DNA of 64,000 nt from Bispira polyomma (lineage: Eukaryota). The DNA is taken from contig OZ287756.1 of assembly GCA_965649765.1 (NCBI GenBank), positions 21,204,001 through 21,268,000 of the forward strand, written 5' to 3'. A program made the translations under genes and the position numbers. Under the pieces are notes generated by a model. That model was not told where the DNA came from. It did not search any database and saw only the letters and a list, made by a program, of their open reading frames with translations. Below, in pieces: positions 52,738 to 64,000 of this stretch. Positions within the stretch are counted from its first letter, which is position 1. Every line of letters begins with the position of its first letter.

Positions 52738-55700
52738 CTCATCAGGCAGATAAGAAACAGGTAATAGACATTCATTATTAAAATTCCCATTGAAATAAAG
52801 TGATACTGTATTTTTTTTTAATTCACCATGTAAAATGTCATAGCTGCTTTGGTTTGAAACGAGTATAGATATATACATGGCAAACATTAACCAAATGCTT
52901 CTCAACAGGACTGGAGAAACCTACAAAACATTTTACTCTAAAATTGACTGCTCACTGACGAGGTTTCTGCAAAAAGCTGTCAAGCCATAATTACGACAGC
53001 CTGACTTAATGGTGGAGACAACTACATAGACTATAGAGAAATCTATATAATTGTACTGTAAATCACAGACCTATGCTATATACCTAGATCCCTTATTCGA
53101 AAACTAAACTCAAGCTCAAAATTACAATCAAAATTAAGGCTATGTAGAAATCCCTGTATTTGGATGTAACCTATTTGTAACCATTTGTTTCAATAGAGCT
53201 ACTTCACTTTACTTTACTCAGGGATATGGAGATCTTAAATGTGAGCTTCAGTCTGAGTTGAGAAATTTAGAGAATATGGCAATATACCTACTTTCAGACA
53301 AGGGAACTATTGGGATTCAGTGGCCTGTCATCAAAGGTAAAAAAAGAACCCAGTAATTCTGAGGCAAACAGTCCAAACCCGACATTTTATCTGAGACAGC
53401 AATTTTCTCAAGTATATAAAAAAGAAACCAAGAGCATGGAATGACTTAACAGTTAAAGATTACATGATGAATTAACTAAATTTAGCTGAAAAAATGTGAC
53501 AAATAGCATTAGATATAACCTTCTATTCCTGGTTTAAAAGTAGTTGAACAAGTTTTACATTATTATCTTTAGTTGTTATATTATTTTGGACTGCTACTGA
53601 TTTAAGTTGGACTGCTATAACATTAAGGAGAGTAAAGGTATGATTTTAGGTTTGTTCTAGATGCACTTAGGCTTCTCTGATTACGGCTGTCAGTTGGAAG
53701 TTTGTGACATTCACCTATTAAGTAAAACAACTGCCACCTTCTCATTGGGATGACAATAAATTACTATATATTATTTGGAAGAGTAAGGTGTACAGCTCTG
53801 CATATAATTTTGTTAAACATAGTGTTTAGACAGTATAAGCACTAATAGATATCACACTACCTTAAACAAAAGTAGCTCTTACCATAAGCAAAGCTTTTAC
53901 AAATTGGAAATGGCACATTATACCAAAAAAAAAACATCTTTAAATTAGTTTGTGGCCCACTTGGAAGCACTTGGTGGGCCATAAATATCAACAGAAATGT
54001 ACCGTGTCAGATTTTCAAAATGGTTTTTCATATGGTAGCCGCTCTGTGGAAACTTGGGCTAATCTAACTGCTGTTGTTAGCCCTCATGGGCAATATTCTC
54101 AAAAGTTATCAAACTCAACTCAGGCTCAAGCTCAAATCTGAAGTCCATATATTTCTGGTTAGATTGAAGTCAAGTAAAATCTGAGTGAATATATGAATTC
54201 AGCACTGAAAGATATTCTAAAAAGGATGGTCACAAATACAAGTTACCTCCATATACAAGAACTTCCACGGATCGCCTCAATTTGAGTTAATTCTGAGTTT
54301 GAGTTTCTTTCGAGAATATAGGCCCTGGTTTTACAAATAAAAGATAATACATCCATCAAATAACCAGGCCTAATTTCAACCATAAGGTCTGGCCCTCAAT
54401 AAAAGATACAATCGTGTGTTGTTCTTACTCGAGAGTTTTCCCATTGCAGTTTGCTTATAAACTCTTGTCACAATTGAGTGTTTACAAATGGACAGATCTA
54501 TTTATAGCACTGGTGACGTCAAAGCATTGTTAGTAGGTAACTTGTGATATTTTTTGTCTGGACTAGCCTTGTCTAGTGTTATAGTACATTTAGCTTAGCG
54601 TTTATTTGCATAAATGAATTACATTGCACAGCTTAAAAATGTAAGAATGTTGGAAAAAACCAAACTATTTTACAATTTTTACAAGATTCAATGGAATGAT
54701 TTTTGTCACCATTGGTCATATAATTCTACATTTTAACTCAGCTCGCTAAAATAGCTACAATTACTACCTATTGAAGATTACTACTTATTTATGTCATTAT
54801 ATCATAAAATAACGAATTGTAGATTATTTAACCTATTTTAAAGGTTAAGCAAAGTAAACCTGTTACAATCTGTGTATCAGGTAGGTAAGCACGCATTCCT
54901 TTTTAAAATCCCCAATAATATTAAGTGATCCTGTACTTTACTTTTACAAATCCACTGTCAACATAACAAAAAAATGTCACTGCCGAGTAAAAAGGCAATG
55001 TATACTGCTAAATTACCAGAAATAGGTTGCAACAAATAGCATGGCAGTTGTGCATGATACTTGAGAGAAGTTTTAAACAATCTACTCTATAAAGAAATAT
55101 TACATCACTCAAGGTTTTTTTTTGTCTCCTCTGACAATTTAGCCTTTTTTATCAAATTTTTCATCATTATAGTAAGAATAAAAGACAAATTAAGGACTTA
55201 TTGCTGTAAGAAAATAAGACATTTGGGTCTAATGAAATTTTGTATGTGTTATTTTTGTTTTGTTTTGCCAGACTTAACATTTGTAGTTACTATACAGTTA
55301 AAGATAATTGACTACACTTCAAGGGAATTGTCTTTGGATGTGATACAGTTTAAATAAATCTGTGCTTTTTTATTGACTGTTCTGTTGATATAAATATTAC
55401 CCGGTGGCATTTTTATTGTTTGTTATAATGAATAATGAAGCTGTAACAAATATGTTTTAAAGTCTAGATGATGAATATAAGATGGTAACAGAGTCATATT
55501 TACAGATAATAGGCTTAAAAATAAAGGGTTTGAAAAATATCAGGGAAAAACAGTGAAAGATGTGCTTTGGTCCTAGTCAATCATTTTTTATTACAGAGAT
55601 AGTTATCTATCATGCCTATTTTTTAGCTGGAGGAAAACTAAATTGAATTTATCATTTTTCACTGGAATTAATTTACACAATTGGCTGTTTTTTGTTTTTT

Positions 55701-55875
55701 TTTAGTTTAAATATTAGTACAATTTAAACATACACTTGGAACTTTTTTGGACTGTACACAATAATGAGCTAAAATTAATACCTAGGAAAAATGCTCATTT
55801 ATCCAGTAAATTGTCAATATATTGCTATATAACCAATAACCACAGAGTATATATACTTATGAACATGTTGAAAGG

Positions 55876-56084
55876 TACTGAGCCCCCTTTAGGACATCAA
55901 CATATTTTTTTATTTGATTAAGTTGAGCTCACGTGATAATTTAATTAAGTGGTGAGCACTAAATGTTGCGATAACAAAATCATTTCATGATCACAAAAAA
56001 ATAAGTTGTGCTCACGAAATCATCTCGTGAGCATGACTTAATAACAGGAAAAACATATATTGATGTCCGAACAGGGGCTAAGTA
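55876..56084. mobile_element. 209-bp MITE with TAC...GTA ends and 6-bp TSD (IS3EU-like)
   Basis: TIR tactgagcccc..ggacatcaa / ttgatgtcc..ggggctaagta; TSD gaaagg at 55870-55875 and 56085-56090. Confidence 0.75.
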
Positions 56085-59000
56085 GAAAGGTCTGTTGAAT
56101 CAATAATTTTTAAAGGTCAAATATAAACACTTGGGATATATAATACAGTTATGATACAACATACTTGCCCATAAGGTAACAGTTTATTTCACTGCAAAGT
56201 TAATACTCTAATAACAACAACACAGATACTTTCTGGTGTTTAGATCCTATTGCTATTAACAAGCTAAATGTCGTCTGCTAAAGCTTGGAAAAGGGCGCCA
56301 AACTGCTGTTACAAATGTGTTTCTACTCTTTGCTGTTGTTTGCTCCCTTATGATTTTATCAGGCACAGCTAGATGTTTTTTTTTCAGAAAGGGGCGCCAC
56401 CATTAAAAAGGGCCCCACAATCTTAGAAATAATATGTAATACCTTTTATGGATTGGTTGGAAACAATCGATCAGTCCTAACTGAAAAGGTGTCCTATTTG
56501 CCTGTGTTTGTGGTGGCCATATCTACATATCTAAGTCAATACTAGGCGTATGTGTACTTTTTAAAAAGACAACTCTTGTTTCTCTGTACAATTGATAGAT
56601 CTGTGGTCATGGTGGTAAATCCATTACATAACACAGGCTAATTCAAACCATGAGGTCCTCTTAATCGCAATTAATGGACATCCTTCAAACTGACAAGTTT
56701 AATGTGTTATTGCTTATATATTCTTGTCACAGCCACAAACTACAACTAATTGTGTAACTGTATTTCCAGATAGTTCCATCACTGTAGTTTTATTGTAATG
56801 TGCCTCAAATTAGTTATTTTGTTATTCTTCTTTTAAATGGTAGTTGCAATGATATACTAATATATTTTGGTATTTTGTTTTTTTAATAAGATGGTTTTAT
56901 ATATCAAATAACTCCCGGGTCAGATCTCAGCCTTGGAATCGCAGGTACAAAAGATACATATTGTGGCTGTTTTATACTTAAATTAATGGCACTACCAGTC
57001 CTCTCGCATTGTATTCTATTCCCAATGGCAGGATAGAGCATCTTCGTTACAGTGATAAATGGTCCTCTGTAAGCCTCTAGCTTTTCTTAATAGGACTGTT
57101 ACAGAAAATGGTAAATAATGATTTGAATATCAGATACAATACATTGCCAATTGATAACATTATATGTGTAATGTCCGTCCCAGAACAGATAGCGCTATAA
57201 CATAGGACAATTGTTTGTTTTTATCTTCTAACCAAGTAGGTTTTCCCGAGTGATCATTGTGGATTTAGCAATGGGTCAAACCAGGGATTATCCAATCAAC
57301 AAACCCTAATCACCAGGCCAGTGGAAACACAATATTTCATAAACAAATTCTAAATGAGCCTCTCAGGTAACTAGGGGAGTATGCAGTAGAGCCGAAGGGC
57401 CTCAATGCTAAATATAATCACCCCAAAACAAACCGAAAACTAATTTTTGGATCTGCACTTCTATTCAGATGCATTCTTTCTCAAGTTAAAACAAAAGCTT
57501 TTCGATTAAATCAACCTTTTAATATAGATTAAAGTCTACTTCTATGTATGAGATATGGCTAAACCTTCTTCGAATATTAATAAGTAACTTGATATATTAT
57601 TATTATTATTATTATCAAACTTAAATATCAAATTCTAATCATAATCTGAAAATCTTAATTGATGAAATGGAAAAATGTTAACATCAGAAGATCAACTGAT
57701 ATCCGGCAGACAGCTATGGAAGGAATGCATGAAACAAATGTTTTTTATCTGTGGCCGAAGGATCGTGATTTAGGAGCTGTTCAGATGCAATGAGGTGAAC
57801 TAGTCACACATGGATAGGACCATCAAAGGCAAAACTTTTATCAAAATGAACCTTTGACCTTTTCTATCAATTAAGTAACTTAGAAGCATATTTAGACACA
57901 AATTACATAGAGTTTTAAAACGTGATGTACATACATTGTATTGTATTTTGCAGTTTTAATGCACCCTATTGATGTGAGCTTCTTCTAAAACGTCATAAAA
58001 CATAGCCAGGTGGTAAGGAAGTATGTTGAGGGTGTACAGGGAAGGGACGGGGGGGGGGGGGGGTTGGAAGTTAGTTTGAAGAGATAAGTGTTAGGTTTTC
58101 TTATAAATCCAGAAAGTGTGTCTAAGCTCAACAGGCAGACTATTCCATAAGATAGGGGTTGCTGTTTAGACAGCTCTAAATCAAACCATCTGGGTGGGTT
58201 TAACAGTAAAACACATTTATACATCTTTAATTAACATTTAATTTTTTCTTTAAATACCACACAGTATGGCTCTATCTTCATCTCCATCTTCGAATCTCTT
58301 TTCCTTCCTTCCTTTATGTGGGAAAGTTTATAAGGCTGGGAACACAGGCATTTGACAGCTGGTGGTTTGCAGAGAAGAAAGCCTTGACCAACCGCCACAA
58401 AAAAAGCATGTTAAAATCTACATTAAGATAATCTAATCTAATGTTCACACTTTATTGGTTATAATATATATATGACTTTTTACTATTTACCATGACACTT
58501 TAGGTGAACAAAGAGCTTTGTACCTAGATGCTGTGTAAAGATGAAACTTTAGCTTTTATTAACTCTGGCAACCATTTGGGGTTCACTAGAAGACATAAAA
58601 TTAAGCAGCTCCTATCTTCACATATCCTCTGTACAGAGTGGCAATTACTTGCTGATGGTCGCTAGTTTCCAGTGAAGAATCTTGACCAACTAGTATACAC
58701 TGGTTTCCTCTAGCTCTGAAACTGCCTGTTAGGATATGACCTATACAATGTGTTGAAAGTGACTTTTCTACGTTTAAAACTTTGCAATTCCCCACATATT
58801 TTCTCTTTTGTGCATGTTTTGTAGTTTTTTTCCTTTTTTATATTTTTATTGACAAATCTCTCTGCCATAAAGTTAATTGTAGAAACCTGTATTTATGGAC
58901 TGTTACTACACAGTCAATAGGAAAGAGATTCCACCCCTATTCTATTGCATTATATCAGGTCCCTGAGGTGTCATAAAGTGTCACCCCTACTACATGTAGA

Positions 59001-59152
59001 AATTAAATTTGATAAAACACATAAGAACCCGGTCTTAAATGGGCTTTTATAAACTCTGGCAGCCATGTGAGGTTTACTAGAAGACATAAAAGTTAGCAAA
59101 TTGTCGCTTTAGATATCCTCTACAATATTGCAGTTACTTGACGGTGGTTGCT

Positions 59153-59372
59153 TTGCGCTTCACAATCACTGGTCTCTCACCTCTGGGCGGCGTGAGTTAG
59201 AATCCCGTCGATGCCTATGTGGGAAAGGTGGTAGTTCCTTACTGTGGGCCGCTGGTTTCTCTGCAGAACCTTGACCAACTGTATGCAGTGTTTCTTCCAG
59301 CGTTTCCAACTACCCGTCCCAATATAACTTACTAATAGGTACTAGAGTGGACGTTAAATATCTAAATTCAAA
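59153..59372 (+). mobile_element. 5'-truncated SINE with 15-bp TSD, nested in an older SINE-derived block
   Basis: TSD ttgacggtggttgct at 59138-59152 and 59373-59387. Confidence 0.9.
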
Positions 59373-61400
59373 TTGACGGTGGTTGCTGGTCTAGAATCTT
59401 GACCAACTAGTACGCACTGGTTTACTCCAGCATTGAATCTGCCAATTGTGATATGACCTATAGATTGTGTTGAAAGTGACGGTAAAGCCAAATCAATTTC
59501 TCTGTGGAATGATAAATGTGATTATAATAAAAGAGATTCCACCCTCCATTCTATTGCATTCTAAACGGTCCCTCAATTGTCATAAAGTAGCACCTCCTGA
59601 TACATGTAGAAATTCAATTTGATAAAACACATAAGAACTCGGTCGTAAATGGGCCCCTGTTTTTCCTCCCTTTCTCTGACTTAATTTACCCTTTTTACCC
59701 ATAAAACACAAAAAGGTTGGTAGCAGCTTTTTACACTGGCTGCTTGTGTGTGTAATTTGATAGCCTTTTACTCTTACTGGGGTGAAGTGGCTACAAAGAC
59801 TTGGCTGGTTCATTTGGGGCTGAAAATACTGACAATTCTGTTAATTCTAAGAGGCATTACAACCTTTTTCCTATAGAGGTAGTTGTAAAATAAGAGAACA
59901 AAACAATTTGTACTGATGAAACATATTTATATATATGTTACAGTAAATATGCGTAGATGAAAAAGACTTGTGACAAGTTAAAATGCCACTAGTTAATCAT
60001 CACTTGAAGAAAAATTCAGTAAATACCTGAACCTACTGGACCTAAAAATCAATAAATACACATATTTACTGAAAATATTAGGAATTTCACGTATTTACTG
60101 ACCAAATCAGTAAATAAACATATTTGCTGATTTCACATATTTACTATAACATATGTTACAGCTAGCTCCACACAATGAAGAGTTTTCACTTTTTAAGGGG
60201 ACCTTTAGCTCTATTGAGTGCCGTTGGCGTTTAATTTACGTCGTTTTCCACAGCAGTTTACATATCATGACAGCCAACTTTAAAAGTGGCAGAAACAAGT
60301 GGTAAAGCCACTCTAAACAATGGCAAAAACCCGACAAACTTCCCCACATGAAGGAATAAACAGGATTCAAACCTTCCCTGTTGAGAGACCAGTGGTTGTA
60401 ATCATAACATGTCTAGTTTTCTGTTTGTTTCAACAGGAGGACCTCTTCAGGGAACGACTGTTTCAGTCCATGCCATCACTATCACCATCACTATGCCATA
60501 GCTATAACTATCCACATTGCTGTCCATTTTAATCCTGGGCCCATCAGATTCCATCATTCGTTACCTACCCAAGCTTTACCTGTTGCATCAAATTAGATTT
60601 AGAAGGTTGTCTGTCAACACAATGAAACAAAAAGTTATTAATTTTACCTCTCTTTCAGCAACCTTAAGTCATATGATGGCGGTCCAATTTAATGGATTAC
60701 ATTCAATTAGATTACATTTATCTTATTTCAGGAAAAATTTGTGGAGGATTTTTAAAAATCTTGAATTGGCACAATTTCACTCGTGGTGTCTAGGCTTCAC
60801 GGGAGTCAGTCCTGCCCCCCTCTTAAAATTCTTAAGTTACCAGCCTGGTTTTGACAGGTAAAAAGTAAATGACATCATAAGGAATTCCACTTGTTACTAG
60901 GGGTTCAAATGTTTATTCTGAATTCTCATTGGCTCCCAACTTGGGGTATGCTTAAGAAATCCATTTTACCTTCAGTTTAAAATTTTCTAGTCAACAGCAC
61001 AGACGTGCTGAGAGTTTTTTACAAGAATTTGTTTTTTAAAAGTTAGATTTACAAATGTTTGGGATGAAACTGAACTGTCTTAGTGATTTTAGTCGTCAGT
61101 TATACACATGTGCATGGAATTAATTATAAATTGAATATGTATATATCACTGGAAGTCGTGTATTGATGACTGGAAGTTCAAAGCAATTATCAGTGTTGAA
61201 GCCCAGCTGATCTGTCAACCTCATGCTTGGTTCGCCCGAAAGGGCAGCAAAAAGGGACGGTCTAACCTATTTCTGTTAATCACCACTAAATTGGGTTCTT
61301 AAACTTGAATTGGTTGGCCAAGCGTGAATTTGTCAAATCAGCACTGAGGGATTTGTTTTTCATCTTGTTTCAGAAAGGAACATTGACTTAAAAAGTAAAA

Positions 61401-62516
61401 ATGCCACAAAGCAAATCACTATGTAAAAAGTGCATGAACAGACATTTACCCCCAACGGGGAAAAAGTGTAAACAAATGGAAGTGCTTGAACAGGTCACCC
61501 GCCAGTCTGACATGTCAGACGCCACAGACACCCCAGTTCGTGGAAGACGGGAGGCAGCAGCGTCGGCGCCAGGAGGGATAGACAGCGTGCAGATGCAAAT
61601 ACTCAGTGAACTGAAGAAGGTCAACTCACGGCTGGATGCAGTTGAGGAGCAAGTTGCAGATGTGAGGGCGAAGGAGACAGACTCTGAACGGGACTTGCAA
61701 AAGTTAAGTACTGGTTTTCACAAACATTCTCGTAAAGCTAAAAGAGGTACAAAAAGTAAAAAGGTGTGTGATAGTGACAGTTCCTCTGATGAGTCAATAG
61801 TACCCACTATGTCCGTGTTAAGGTCCTCCCAAGAGATACAAAGAGAAGTAGACAACAGATTGAGGGAATTAGAGCACGAAGGGGTCTGTCATGCAGGTAA
61901 TTATTTTGCTTCAAAAATCAAATCCAAAAGGGGGGGAAATGTCGATGTGATTGTAAAAAATAAGGTGGCCTGGCCACATGAGTGCATACTAGGGGGAAAT
62001 AGTAGGCAGAGACTTGCATATGACCAGTTGTCACTCACACAGTGGGTACAGGGATTCTGCAAAAATATTTTAGATGAAAATGATAACTCAGTCAAAGAAA
62101 AAATGATACAATACATGTCTGAGCTGATGGAAGACGCCACAGATTTTTCGTGGCAGGGGGCCAAAGCGGCCCATGCGGTCCTCTTATGCGAAATGGAGAG
62201 GGGAACTGTCTCATGGCAGAACACTTCTCGCATTGAAAGGATACGCAGGGCCCATGCACAAAAACATTTACTGGGGCAGGGCAAATCTACTTGGGTCAAA
62301 AGCAATGAAACGGGTAAGAAACCTTGGTTTTGTAAAAATTTCCAGAACGGGAGCTGCACTCATAGTAAGGATCATGAGTTTGGGGGGAAAACTTACAGGC
62401 ACATCTGTTCTCATTGTCTGGAAAAGGGGAAAGAACTAAATCATGCAGAAAAAGATTGTCATTTTGCAAAAAAGAAAGTATTTTCAAAAAACGAGCATGT
62501 GGCTGCTCAACTTTAA
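61401..62516 (+). CDS. E4 gag-like protein, 371 aa
   Basis: N-terminal CKKC..H..PTGKKC, YDQLSLTQW, C-terminal CKNFQNGSC..H..HICSHC..H..C. Confidence 0.9.
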   Translation: MPQSKSLCKKCMNRHLPPTGKKCKQMEVLEQVTRQSDMSDATDTPVRGRREAAASAPGGIDSVQMQILSELKKVNSRLDAVEEQVADVRAKETDSERDLQKLSTGFHKHSRKAKRGTKSKKVCDSDSSSDESIVPTMSVLRSSQEIQREVDNRLRELEHEGVCHAGNYFASKIKSKRGGNVDVIVKNKVAWPHECILGGNSRQRLAYDQLSLTQWVQGFCKNILDENDNSVKEKMIQYMSELMEDATDFSWQGAKAAHAVLLCEMERGTVSWQNTSRIERIRRAHAQKHLLGQGKSTWVKSNETGKKPWFCKNFQNGSCTHSKDHEFGGKTYRHICSHCLEKGKELNHAEKDCHFAKKKVFSKNEHVAAQL

Positions 62517-62705
62517 ATCCGAGTGAGGGCAGCTACGAAATGAAACTCAGACATGAAGGTTGTAAAAATGTAAGTGGTGAACAAAAAGCTTCTAGAAATG
62601 TAGTGAAACCAGTTGTTGTGTGTAAAGAAACCAATAGATATACACCTGCAGTGCAGGGTGATCATTTTAGAACCAGAGTGTTTTATAATAGTCAGATTAA
62701 TGTGA

Positions 62706-64000
62706 AAGAAACTGTCTTTGATGGCTCGTACAACGCTCCAAAGTTTTAAGTTTAAGAACACACATGTTGTCTGGCCCTGTCAGAATATGGCTAGTAAAAG
62801 CATGACCAGAACCTTCTACTCTCGAAAACAAAAACAGGCCGACATTAAAAAACAAGATCAGGACATTGGGGGCTTTTGTCAAAAGCAATATGGTAATACC
62901 ACAGAACCCAAGATCAATTGTGCAGACAAAAGGGTCGCAAAAACAATAGAATTGGACTCGGCGGCCAAATTCAGGGGGAATAGTGACACGTCAGGTGACA
63001 ACAAGGCATCAATTGGGGACACGGGTAGCGACATGTGTGTTTCTAATCTTAATGGTGACAATGCAAAAGGAAATGCCCACGCAAGTAATGTAGAGAAACC
63101 CATAATAGGTGGGTCAAAGGGTGTCACAAAGTTATTATATGATGTGAACAAATATTCCATTAATGACAAATTTATAAACTCGGTACTTGGTAGAAAGAAA
63201 GTATGTGAAATGGACAGTGTAGCACTAAATAGTGTTTTTAGTTTCACAAAGTGGAGAAAACAGCCTGAATTCGAGTTTGGATTTATTCCATTATCCGATG
63301 CTGTGACCGATGACAACGGCGTATTACCTCACCACAGTACTGTGGTAGATCCGGTTATGCAACACTTTGTTATCCAAAAAACTGGTGTTCATAATTTCAA
63401 AGGTGCACGTATTCCGTTAAACTCCCAGTTAAAAGTCAAAAACTGGAAAAAGCATTTAGTACATTATTGGGATCAGCAATTGCTTCAGCTTATTGAGTTC
63501 GGCTTCCCACTAGATTTCAATAGACAGTGTCCTTTAAGATGGGAAGGGGGAAATCATAAGTCGGCCACAGAATGTCCCAAAGATATAGAAGTGTATTTGG
63601 AAGAGGAAACCAGACATGGCGCCATAATCGGCCCTTTTAGTGAGAATCCAATCAAAACGGGTCACTTCTCCCCTTTCATGAGCAGAGAAAAACCCAATAC
63701 GGATAACAGAAGGGTGATAGTAGACCTTAGCTGGCCACCAGAGGATTCCGTTAACGCAGGGGTGGACAAAAACCAATATCTAGGTCGTGAGTTTAACCTG
63801 ACCTTTCCCACGGTTGATCATATAACGGCTCAACTGAACAAGTTGGGTAGAGGAGCGTTCTTGTACAAAATTGACGTCAGTCGTGCGTTCAGGCACGTGA
63901 AAATCGATCCTCACGACTATGACCTGCTAGGTCTTTCTTGGAAAGGGGCATATATTGACACGTGCTTGCCATTTGGTAGTAGACATGGCAGTCAGATCTT
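62706..64000 (+). CDS. E4 reverse transcriptase ORF, partial (open to the window end)
   Basis: Hand translation is open from 62706 (ATG at 62721): FGFIP, ARIPLNSQL, FGFPLDF, SPFMSREK, RVIVDLSWP, KIDVSRAFRH, LPFGSRHGS. Confidence 0.9.

Larger units (their letters stand above)
51801..60772 (+). repeat. Long tandem segmental unit, copy C (interrupted by a Ngaro element at ~60773)
   Basis: Colinear with A 1-~8288 and B 15601-~23020; similarity stops at 'aattggcac' (A 'aattgacac|ctgag'). Confidence 0.9.
60773..64000 (+). mobile_element. Ngaro/DIRS-type YR retrotransposon (E4), 5' part, runs off the window
   Basis: Similarity to the host unit ends at 60772; gag and the start of RT follow. Confidence 0.9.

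Overview
AT-rich eukaryotic (animal, probably lophotrochozoan/mollusc-like) DNA with no intact host gene, rRNA, tRNA or CRISPR. The backbone is three diverged tandem copies of a long non-coding unit (copy A 1-~15600, copy B ~15600-~51800, copy C ~51800-~60770). The copies differ by insertions and deletions, so each supplies empty sites for insertions in the others. Copy B carries a pseudogenised 3' half of a Cys-loop (nAChR-like) channel gene. Five distinct Ngaro-type tyrosine-recombinase (YR) retrotransposon insertions are present: two full length with split direct repeats (36513-42564, 43047-48880), one decayed (27280-~30600), one cut by the window end (~60773-64000) and one solo A-spacer-B remnant (~11444-12580). 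tRNA-derived SINEs and several MITEs are also present. Comparing the Ngaro copies suggests four shared features. (1) A phase-1 splice donor in gag and a phase-1 acceptor at the YR start would give an in-frame Gag-YR fusion. (2) Gag-to-pol recoding appears to use UAG readthrough in two elements and a -1 frameshift in another. (3) A ~155-nt multi-stem RNA structure with covarying stems lies between the split repeats of two divergent families. (4) Integration appears TSD-free, through a 2-bp CA core reconstructed from the paralogous empty site. All alignments and folds were done by eye.
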